This document shows, one piece after another, positions 53,401 through 60,677 of a DNA stretch of 64,000 nucleotides. The position numbers were made by a program, and so were the translations under genes. Below the pieces are notes generated by a model. It had not been told where the DNA came from and searched no databases. It was given only the letters and a program-made list of their open reading frames with translations. How positions within the stretch are numbered: the first letter of the stretch is position 1; every line of letters starts with the position of its first letter. This stretch comes from Anaerolineales bacterium. GTDB taxonomy: Bacteria > Chloroflexota > Anaerolineae > 4572-78 > J111. Where the stretch lies: the NCBI GenBank assembly GCA_015075185.1, contig JABTUW010000004.1:1144761-1208760 (forward strand), read 5' to 3'.

Positions 53401-53761
53401 CACCAAGCTGGGTTACGTGACCAGTCTCGACGATATTCAAACCGCCAGGGACTATTTCAGTGAGGCCCTCAAGGTGGCGCTCAACATCCAGGCGATTCCG
53501 GGTGCGCTGGATGCCCTGGTAGGGTTGGCTTCCCTGCTGATAAAAACGGGTGGCGCGGAAAGAGAGCAAGCCCTGGAGATTCTGGCTTTAGCCCTCAGCC
53601 ATCCAGCCAGCAGCCGCGATAATCAAGACCGGGCGGCGCGTCTATTGGCCGAGGTAGAACCTCAGTTTTCAGCAGCGACGGTTAAAGCCGTTCGAACCAG
53701 AGGGCAGGTTAATACACTGGAGACGGTAGTAAGAGCGGTATTGAGCAAAGAGAGAAGTTGA
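50405..53761 (+). CDS. SARP/AfsR-like regulator: OmpR-type wHTH + BTAD + NB-ARC (STAND) ATPase + TPR array
   Basis: 1118 aa. wHTH/BTAD part: RLLGMMQVEKKG...ESRKALALLGYLA..., ...ERAHRYLMVLLARQDERSAALAQYEICRRAL..ELAVEPS. P-loop LIGPGGIGKTRLA and Walker B LLVLDNFEH. At least 6 C-terminal TPR_12-like repeats. Confidence 0.85.
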   Translation: MDVIYRLRLLGMMQVEKKGVLLRDFESRKALALLGYLARQDQPVSRSHLAGLFWGDKEEARGRRNLSRELSQLSALLPGCFQADYHTIQFLPPDTFWVDVHIFAKLVKSGLGKSASKSSLSKTGPHSQMPKTATDWFPAHLAADIQVELLAEAVALYCGDFMTGFFLDDCPEFETWLLREQEGWRRQVTELLERLLVYYARSNQDDLALTQARRWLELEPWRERAHRYLMVLLARQDERSAALAQYEICRRALAEELAVEPSAAMVTLYEQIRSGELSREAEEQGSAGEVVSASLHPGDPLPSPSPVALHKVPTPSTPFIGREEELAQIAAHLNDPAVRLLTLIGPGGIGKTRLAIQSTWQAIQADTGLFADGVYFIPLDSLSSAEFLVATLADVLNFSFYSGANPANQLLDYLREKRLLLVLDNFEHLLAGVGLLSDILRQVPQVKILAVSRERLNLQEEYLLPIQGLKVPEPQPKLSWQRAKAPALEAYSAVQLFLQRAQTVNPGYILSEAETPCVVHVCRLTEGTPLAIELAAAWLRLLSCQEIAQEIEQNLDFLTTSLRNIPERQRSLRAVFDYSWRLLSAEEQRVFRQLAVFWGGFQLEAARQVVGAALPLLLALMDKSLLRRTETGRYTRHLLLWQYAAEKLDETPQEKEEVQALHGQYYAAFLYGKEQLLTGGQQKEALAEINIEIENVRAAWRWAVAHGDLATIEPALESLFHFYDIRSWFQEGAESFGWAATSLRDETQGNEETRGGEAEELKGTEGNSGELGEAGESDNRKSKIQNPKSKIVLGKLLARQGWFTFQLGQHEAAKALLHESLGILRSLDSAARGETIFPLNYLGAVHRHLGEYELARQLCQESMVLCREMGDTLGLSIALNILGQVAYLKGDYSRSRQLCQESLALKQGIGDRRGMTFSLNNLGQVAYALGEYPEAKAFFEESLTICQEIGDRRGIALCLSYLGDVVQMMAEYQGAKQLYQESLSIFKEIGNQWGAISARTKLGYVTSLDDIQTARDYFSEALKVALNIQAIPGALDALVGLASLLIKTGGAEREQALEILALALSHPASSRDNQDRAARLLAEVEPQFSAATVKAVRTRGQVNTLETVVRAVLSKERS
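52745..52775 (+). repeat. In-frame heptanucleotide tandem repeat (AAATCCA x4) inside the regulator gene
   Basis: AAATCCAAAATCCAAAATCCAAAATCCAAAA. Preceded by stuttered words GGAAACGAGGAAACGAGG and GGGAACTGAGGGGAACTCAGGGGAACTCGGGG (52640-52720). Confidence 0.9.
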
Positions 53762-53827
53762 ACTCCTGCCTCCGCCTGAAAGTACCCATCGGATTTAACC
53801 CATGTTCCCCATAAATTGTCCCAAAAG

Positions 53828-53855
53828 TTGCATGCACCATGAACCATGTTATAAT
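53828..53855 (+). promoter_or_regulatory. sigma70-type promoter of the RiPP operon
   Basis: TTGCAT (53828-53833), 16 bp, TGT-TATAAT (extended -10, hexamer 50-55). Implies a ~140-nt leader before the AAAGGAGG RBS and ATG at 54003. Confidence 0.55.
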
Positions 53856-54002
53856 CCCGCGTCAGGAGGAGCAGGCCGAATCGAGGATCATTATCCTTGA
53901 AGCTCCACTTCCCCACCATTTTCATTATTCCATTTCACAACATCAAAACCATACTGGTCTATTCGCCAGGTAAGAGTTTAATTCGTTAAAGGAGGCATTG
54001 TC

Positions 54003-54251
54003 ATGGCAACACCGATCACCGATAAGGAATGGGCGCAGATACTGGTCCACGCCTGGACTGACGAGGCGTTTAGGAAGAAGCTTGAAAAGAGTCCGACCGC
54101 AGCGCTCAAAGAGGCAAAAAAGAAATTTGGCTTCAAATACGATGTTTTTGTCAATATCCCTGACCCACCGGCAGACTTGACCCAAGAACAACTCCATGCC
54201 TTTGCCCACGGGATGTCCCTGTCCTCACCTAAAAGTTGTTCCTACAGCTAA
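54003..54251 (+). CDS. NHLP-family (nitrile hydratase-like leader) RiPP precursor peptide
   Basis: 82 aa. Leader KEWAQILVHAWTDEAFRKKLEKSPTAALKEA...LTQEQLHAFAHG matches the NHLP pattern (W.DE.F...L...P..AL..., ...L.AVAGG). The Ser/Cys-rich tail is MSLSSPKSCSYS. Confidence 0.85.
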   Translation: MATPITDKEWAQILVHAWTDEAFRKKLEKSPTAALKEAKKKFGFKYDVFVNIPDPPADLTQEQLHAFAHGMSLSSPKSCSYS

Positions 54252-54305
54252 ATAGAAAGCGATCCTCAGGATCAGCTTAACCTGCCGTCTCTAAAACTGG
54301 CAACA

Positions 54306-56558
54306 ATGACCCAACGGCCGCACTTTAAGCCCTATTTTCGGTGTGAAATCATACCGACTGAGGGTATTTTTTTACTTTCCGAAAAAAAACAGTTCTTGCT
54401 GCAAGGGGCAGCCTACCTTAAGCTGGCGCCGTTGCTTACCGGCCAATATACCATTGACGAAATCATGGCTGAACTTAACGGTCAGCTTTCCCCGGCAGAA
54501 GTGTTCTATGCCCTGGAGATGCTGCGGCGTGAGGGGTACATTGTTGATTCGGCCCCATCCCTGCCCTCGGAGCAGGCCGCCTTCTGGGAGATGCTGGGGG
54601 TAGCTGCGGAGCACGCGGCCAGGCAGTTACAGCAGAGGACAGTTTCCCTGATCGCCTTGGGCCAAGTTGACCCTGCTCCTCTGAAAGCGATGCTCGAAAG
54701 TGCTGGGGTCGGCTGTGTTGACAACGGCGCACTGGGCGTGGTCTTGACTGACGATTATTTGCAGCCTGGTTTGGAGGCCTTCAATCGAGCGGCCTTGCTG
54801 CATCATCGGCCGTGGCTGCTGGTCAAACCGGTTGGAGTAGAGGTGTGGATCGGCCCTGTCTTTATCCCCGGACAAACCGGGTGTTGGGCATGTCTGGCCG
54901 ACCGTCTGCAAGGGCAGCGCAAAGTCGAAAGTTATCTGGAGAGAAAGAAAAGCCTTCCCGGTCCGCTGGTTACCTCTCTGGCTGTTCTGCCGTCAACCCT
55001 GCAAACAGCCCTGGGACTTGCCGCTACCGAAATTGCAAAATGGGTGGTCCTTGAACAGAACGAAGCGCTTACGGGCCGGATCATTGCCCTGGATACCCTT
55101 TCGCTCGAAATGAAAACCCATCTTCTTACCCGGCGTCCCCAGTGCCCCCACTGCGGAAACCCGAAGCTGGTTTCGAGGCAACAATCAGCCTCACTTAAGC
55201 TGCAAAGCCAACAGAAACTCTATACCAGCGATGGCGGACATCGTCGTTGCTCACCTGTGGAGACTTTCCAGCGTCTCGCGCATCACCTTAGCCCAATCAC
55301 CGGCATCGTCGGGAGTCTCCACCCCATCACCCTGGAAGGGGACAAGAACGGTTTGATACCCGGCTATATTGCCGACCACAATTTTGCCCTGACCAATAAC
55401 AATCTGGACACCCTGCGGGAAAATCTGCGCGCCCAATCCGGCGGCAAAGGGAAACAGGACATTCAAGCCAAAGTGAGCGCGCTGGGCGAATCCATTGAGC
55501 GGTATTCAGGGGTCTTTCAGGGTGACGAGGCCCGGATCCGGGCCAGCTTCAAAGAGTTGGGAGTCGCCGCCATTCATCCCAATGCCTGTATGCTTTTCAG
55601 CGAACGCCAATTGGCGAAGCAAGCGCAGACTGCCAATGGCTCTCCATTCAGGTGGGTTCCAACCCGCTTTGATGAGACCAGAGAAATTGAGTGGAGTCCC
55701 GTTTGGTCTTTAATCTCTGGAGAGACGCGCTATGTGCCAACAGCTTACTGCTACTACGGTTATTCCCGGATATATCAGACCAGCTTCACTCGAGCCGACT
55801 CGAATGGCTGCGCAGCCGGTAACACTAAAGAAGAGGCGATTCTACAGGGTTTCATGGAGTTGGTTGAACGGGACAGCGTGGCTTTGTGGTGGTACAATCG
55901 CCTCAAGAAACCGGCTGTGGATCTGGCCAGTTTTGACGAACCATATTTTCAGCAACTGCCAGCCTATTATAAAACGTTGCAGCGCGACCTCTGGGTCCTT
56001 GACCTGACGAGCGATTTGAATATTCCCACCTTCGCCGCTATCTCACGCCGCACTTCCCACAAGACTGAAGATATTATTTTTGGTTTTGGCGCTCACTTCG
56101 ATGCCCAACTGGCTATACTCCGTGCCCTGACCGAACTCAATCAGTCGCTTCCTTCAGTCGTTGCAGCTCAACCGGCTAAAGAAAATCACCGCTACCTGAA
56201 CCCCGACGCGTTCGCCTGGTGGCAGGCGGCGACCCTTGAGAATCAGCCTTACCTGACCCCCGACGGAACCCTGGCCTCAAAAGTTCAGGCCGATTATCCC
56301 CAGAGTTGGGAGGATGATCTCCATCTTGATGTTATAAATTGTGTGCGGATTGCCCAAGATAAAGGCCTGGAAACGTTGGTCTTGGACCAAACCCGGCCAG
56401 ACCTGGGACTCCATGTGGTGAAGGTGATTGTCCCCGGTCTGCGGCATTACTGGGCCAGATTTGGTCCCGGCCGCCTGTATGATATTCCGGTTCAAATGGG
56501 GTACCTGAGTGAACCCTTGAGCGAGGACCTGTTGAACCCTCATGTTGTTTACTTCTAA
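54306..56558 (+). CDS. Fused TOMM cyclodehydratase (E1/ThiF-like leader-binding domain + YcaO)
   Basis: 750 aa. N-terminal winged-helix/RRE-like region (LAPLLTGQYTIDEIMAEL), Zn-Cys pairs CWAC and CPHC, and a YcaO core with GGKGKQDIQAKVSALGESIERYSG. Confidence 0.9.
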   Translation: MTQRPHFKPYFRCEIIPTEGIFLLSEKKQFLLQGAAYLKLAPLLTGQYTIDEIMAELNGQLSPAEVFYALEMLRREGYIVDSAPSLPSEQAAFWEMLGVAAEHAARQLQQRTVSLIALGQVDPAPLKAMLESAGVGCVDNGALGVVLTDDYLQPGLEAFNRAALLHHRPWLLVKPVGVEVWIGPVFIPGQTGCWACLADRLQGQRKVESYLERKKSLPGPLVTSLAVLPSTLQTALGLAATEIAKWVVLEQNEALTGRIIALDTLSLEMKTHLLTRRPQCPHCGNPKLVSRQQSASLKLQSQQKLYTSDGGHRRCSPVETFQRLAHHLSPITGIVGSLHPITLEGDKNGLIPGYIADHNFALTNNNLDTLRENLRAQSGGKGKQDIQAKVSALGESIERYSGVFQGDEARIRASFKELGVAAIHPNACMLFSERQLAKQAQTANGSPFRWVPTRFDETREIEWSPVWSLISGETRYVPTAYCYYGYSRIYQTSFTRADSNGCAAGNTKEEAILQGFMELVERDSVALWWYNRLKKPAVDLASFDEPYFQQLPAYYKTLQRDLWVLDLTSDLNIPTFAAISRRTSHKTEDIIFGFGAHFDAQLAILRALTELNQSLPSVVAAQPAKENHRYLNPDAFAWWQAATLENQPYLTPDGTLASKVQADYPQSWEDDLHLDVINCVRIAQDKGLETLVLDQTRPDLGLHVVKVIVPGLRHYWARFGPGRLYDIPVQMGYLSEPLSEDLLNPHVVYF

Positions 56559-56608
56559 TCGTTCCACTATCATTTTTTGCCAGTTGGGTGGGATGAGGAG
56601 ACCTCCCA

Positions 56609-58033
56609 ATGAATAGTTTTGATTTATTGACCCAGGACTTTGTTTTATCGTTTAAGGAGGGCATCTCTCTGGTTGAACAAGCAGACGGGAGCGCCGTCCT
56701 GGAGTCACCTGGGGCGAATTTGCCGCTGGGGCAAGCTTCAAAGGGCATGAGGGCAGCGCTGCGGCTACTCTCGACTCAGGGCGCTATAGAAAAGGAACTG
56801 GTAGACCTGGCCGGACAGCATGACGGGAGCGCCGGCTTGCCCAAGATGCTCTACTACCTGCAACGTTTTACCCAATCCGGTCTGATTTGTCACACCGTCA
56901 CTTCAAACGGAAGCAAATTAGCGACGATTGTCCCGACCTCGCCCATCTATCAATTCAGACTCGTTGAGCCTGCCCTCCATGAACCGTACAGCCTGTCACG
57001 CTTTGCTTATCTGCATCAAAACGGTGGACAATTCGTCCTGGAATCGCCCTTGGCGCAGGCCAAAATAGTGCTGCACTGTTGGCAAGCCACAGCCATGCTG
57101 CATGGCCTGGCGACATCCCGGACTTTGACCGAGTTGGGTAAGGATTTTCAGGATATAACCGACGCCTCCATTTCTCTGTTTGTGAGTTTGCTGCTGGGGT
57201 GCGATATGGTACAGAGGGCTGGAAAAGAAGAGCCGGAAGCGCTGGCTCAATGGGATTTTCACGACCTGCTTTTCCATTCAAGAAGCCGGCTGGGCCGATA
57301 CACCGGCCCCTATGGCGCTACCTATCGTTTTCGAGACAAGACTCAGCCCCTGCCTGTGGTTAAACCACTGATGTCAGAAGAAACGATTAGTTTGTACAAG
57401 CCCGACCTGGATACCCTCAAAAAAGATGATCCATCCTTCACCTGTGTCCTGGAAGAAAGGCAATCTATGCGCAAACAGGATGGCGAACGGCCCATCACGC
57501 TTGAACAATTAGGCGAGTTTCTCTATCGCACGGCGCGCATCAGGGCCTTGCATCAGGCAGAACAGGGTTTGTATGAGTACAGCAGCAGACCCTACCCCAA
57601 CGGCGGAGCTTGTTATGAATTGGAACTCTACGTTGCAGCCAGGGCTTGTACCGGACTTAGTCAGGGTCTCTACCATTATGACCCGCGTGAGCATCAACTT
57701 TGCAAGCTGGCTGGCCGCGCCGACGCAGTTAACATTCTCCTGCAGGAGGCCTCTTATGCCACCGCCGAACAGAGCAGGCCCCAGGTTTTAATCATCCTGA
57801 CAGCCCGTTTTCACCGAGTGACCTGGAAATATGAAGCTATGGCCTACGCCCTGATCTTGAAGAATGTCGGTGTGCTCTACCAAACCATGTACCTTGTCGC
57901 CACCGCGATGGGACTGGCCGCTTGCGCCCTGGGCGGCGGAAACTCGGATCTATTTGCCGCCGCTGCCGGCACCGATTATTTCGCCGAGACGTCCGTTGGT
58001 GAATTTATTTTAGGGACCAAGGCCGGGCGGTAG
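56609..58033 (+). CDS. SagB-type FMN-dependent dehydrogenase (azoline oxidase)
   Basis: 474 aa with a C-terminal nitroreductase-like domain (RPYPNGGACYELELYV...LKNVGVLYQTMYLVATAMGLAACALG) typical of SagB-family enzymes next to YcaO. Confidence 0.85.
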   Translation: MNSFDLLTQDFVLSFKEGISLVEQADGSAVLESPGANLPLGQASKGMRAALRLLSTQGAIEKELVDLAGQHDGSAGLPKMLYYLQRFTQSGLICHTVTSNGSKLATIVPTSPIYQFRLVEPALHEPYSLSRFAYLHQNGGQFVLESPLAQAKIVLHCWQATAMLHGLATSRTLTELGKDFQDITDASISLFVSLLLGCDMVQRAGKEEPEALAQWDFHDLLFHSRSRLGRYTGPYGATYRFRDKTQPLPVVKPLMSEETISLYKPDLDTLKKDDPSFTCVLEERQSMRKQDGERPITLEQLGEFLYRTARIRALHQAEQGLYEYSSRPYPNGGACYELELYVAARACTGLSQGLYHYDPREHQLCKLAGRADAVNILLQEASYATAEQSRPQVLIILTARFHRVTWKYEAMAYALILKNVGVLYQTMYLVATAMGLAACALGGGNSDLFAAAAGTDYFAETSVGEFILGTKAGR

Positions 58034-58125
58034 CCAAGATCGAGATTGCACACAATCCATCGGTTTTCGGAGGGTGAAAGTGTACTTTTTTACTCCGGTT
58101 TTAGGTTGATAGGAGGAGTTCGAGC

Positions 58126-58806
58126 GTGGAAAACCAATTGCAGGTTGACTTATTGAATGAGCAACTCGATCAGTTTCAGGAACAGGGCTACCTCAACCTG
58201 GGCCGGATCACCTCTGACGCAGAGATCGAATCGCTGAAAGAGGTCTGCGCTCAGATCGTCGAGCGAAAAACAGGTTATACTTTGGCAGAACTGGCCCAGA
58301 TTAGCCGCTTTAAACCTCAACCAGCGCCCCTAACAGTCAGCGCGCCGAAAGAAATGTTTCCTGCTCTCAAGAACACGACCTACTATCGAAATGCGCTCAG
58401 GGTAGTAGCCAGACTACTCGAGACCGAAGAAACTAACCTCATCAGCGGCTGGCGGCTATTTATCAAACCGCCCGGCTGCGGCGGGACCCCTTGGCACCAG
58501 GACGCCGCTTATCGCCCCCCGCCCTATCGCAGCGCCACCATCTGGCTGCCGCTGGACCCGATGATAAAGGAGAGCGGTTGTTTACAATTTATTGAGGGGT
58601 CTCATCGTCAGGGGATACAGCCCTATCAAGCTAACGATGGGTTCCTGATCACCGAAAATGTTAATGAGGCACAGGCTGTCGCCTGTCCCCTCTTGCCGGG
58701 CGAAGCAACGGTTCATCACTGTTTTGTGCTGCATTACGCCGGGCCTAATCAGACCGACCAATTACGCCGGGTTTTGGTCACTATTTTTCAAGCAACGGGA
58801 AGGTAG
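58126..58806 (+). CDS. PhyH-family Fe(II)/2-oxoglutarate-dependent dioxygenase
   Basis: 226 aa with a GTG start. Has WHQDAAY (HxD) and a distal TVHHCFVLH His, plus phytanoyl-CoA dioxygenase-like N-terminal motifs (GYLNLGRI). Confidence 0.7.
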   Translation: MENQLQVDLLNEQLDQFQEQGYLNLGRITSDAEIESLKEVCAQIVERKTGYTLAELAQISRFKPQPAPLTVSAPKEMFPALKNTTYYRNALRVVARLLETEETNLISGWRLFIKPPGCGGTPWHQDAAYRPPPYRSATIWLPLDPMIKESGCLQFIEGSHRQGIQPYQANDGFLITENVNEAQAVACPLLPGEATVHHCFVLHYAGPNQTDQLRRVLVTIFQATGR

Positions 58807-58812
58807 GGATTT

Positions 58813-60591
58813 ATGACTCATATTCATGCAGCCAACTCGCAGCCAGCGCCCCTCATTGATATCGCCATTATCGGGGGGGGTGTTTCTGGCGCTTATACGG
58901 CTTACCGGTTAATGAAATCAGACCCGGCGGCAAGCCCGGTGCTCAAGCGCCTGTTACAAATCAGCGGCAAAGACCGGCTGGACATCGGATTATTCGAGCT
59001 AAGTAACCGCATCGGAGGCCGGCTTTGGTCATACCATCTGCCCGGAATGACCAGCTTGCCGGCTGAATTGGGGGGTCAGGGCTTTGCCCAGTACATGCAA
59101 AATGTTTACGGCTTAGCCACCCAAGAACTGAGGCTTGAGCTTTCTGCGTCTTCGAGCTACAACAAGCGCTACTTTCAGTATCTCCGAGGGCATCGTTTTA
59201 ACTATAAAGATAATTTACTTCGCGGCCCACGCAAGAAAAAGTATTACCCCGGTGTTATTCCCTATTTTCTGAAAAATGACGAAAAGGAGAAGGATCTGGA
59301 TGAGTTGATAGAAGAGGCAAGCCTGGCCGGCATACCAGAACAAATCAAAACAGTCATTGCTGATATAGAAGAGGCGCTGAAGCAAGGCGATCTTGGGGGG
59401 GCATTTAAGAAAAGGAAACAAGAATTGATCCCTCTCCTTCGTAATGCCAGAGTTAACGACAGCGGGCCGGCCTTTTCCCAAAGACCGCTCTACGAGTTGG
59501 GGTTTTGGAATGTCCTGGAGGCCAGGCTCAGCAGCGAGGCCTACCAGCTTATTTCGGATTCATCTTATGATTATTCGGATTTCCGCAACTTCAACTTCTA
59601 CGACTCTATTGTGAGTAATTTAGACGCAGATTTTTGCTTCGATCTGAACCCCCAACCTTTTGTGCAACTCAAAAATGGTTACCAGGAACTGCCGAAAACG
59701 CTGGTCAAGCATTTTCGAGACGAGGGCGGTTCGGTGCATCTACAAACTATGTTGCGCTGTCTGCGCCTCGAATATCATAACGGCGAACCCTTGATTGCCC
59801 TGGATATTGGCCCAACCGGAGTACCCCTTGACTCCACGCTGTACGCCCGTTATGTGGTCCTGGCGCTGCCGCAGCGGGCGCTGGAATTACTTGATCCGGC
59901 CAGTGTTATCTTCCAAAATCCTCGTTTCAAGACGGAGATGAATACTGTTACCCCGGCATTAGCAGGCAAAATCTTCTTAGCCTATGACCAGCCCTGGTGG
60001 GAAGCCCTGGAATACGGACCGGGCAAGGTTCCCAATGAGCAGATTACATGTGGCTTTTCCATCACCGATTTACCGATCCGGGTTTGTTACTACATTGGGA
60101 AGCAGGAGGATGGAAAATCACTCTTGCTGGCCTCTTTGAACGATGACGTTATTAGCCCCTTTTGGGATGGATTTTTACATGCGTCTCGCATGGGAGTTCA
60201 TAATGCCCCCTATGGGGGTAACCCCAATAGTGGATTTAACCTGTTTGCTCCAGAAGACATGGTCAGCGCGGTTCAACGGCAACTGGTCCAAATGCATGGG
60301 CTTAAACCCGGAAAGTTTCCCGAACCCTATGCCGCTATTTATCACTATTGGGGCGACGATCCTTTTGGCGGGGGCTGGCATGATTGGAACCCCCACGTGC
60401 GAAGTTGGGAAGTTATCCCCAGCATTCGCCAGCCCATCCCCGGTGTGAACATTTTTCTGTGTGGCGAAGCCTATTCCGCCTCTCAGGGCTGGGTTGAAGG
60501 CGCCCTCAACACCGCTGAAATGGTTCTGGAAACTCATTTTGGTCTGCCCCGGCCCGATTGGGTCCATCCAGAGTATGATTTTGGCCCTTGA
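58813..60591 (+). CDS. Flavin-dependent amine oxidase family protein
   Basis: 592 aa. N-terminal IAIIGGGVSGAYTAYRL (GxGxxG) and C-terminal FLCGEAYSASQGWVEGALNTAE, typical of FAD amine oxidases. Only 6 nt separate it from the dioxygenase gene. Confidence 0.75.
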   Translation: MTHIHAANSQPAPLIDIAIIGGGVSGAYTAYRLMKSDPAASPVLKRLLQISGKDRLDIGLFELSNRIGGRLWSYHLPGMTSLPAELGGQGFAQYMQNVYGLATQELRLELSASSSYNKRYFQYLRGHRFNYKDNLLRGPRKKKYYPGVIPYFLKNDEKEKDLDELIEEASLAGIPEQIKTVIADIEEALKQGDLGGAFKKRKQELIPLLRNARVNDSGPAFSQRPLYELGFWNVLEARLSSEAYQLISDSSYDYSDFRNFNFYDSIVSNLDADFCFDLNPQPFVQLKNGYQELPKTLVKHFRDEGGSVHLQTMLRCLRLEYHNGEPLIALDIGPTGVPLDSTLYARYVVLALPQRALELLDPASVIFQNPRFKTEMNTVTPALAGKIFLAYDQPWWEALEYGPGKVPNEQITCGFSITDLPIRVCYYIGKQEDGKSLLLASLNDDVISPFWDGFLHASRMGVHNAPYGGNPNSGFNLFAPEDMVSAVQRQLVQMHGLKPGKFPEPYAAIYHYWGDDPFGGGWHDWNPHVRSWEVIPSIRQPIPGVNIFLCGEAYSASQGWVEGALNTAEMVLETHFGLPRPDWVHPEYDFGP

Positions 60592-60677
60592 CCCAGGTGT
60601 TGCAGCGCAAGAGGAATTCAAAATTTTATGGGGTTCTAATGGTTAGCGATTTGATTGAAAGTAAAGGACGGGCATAA

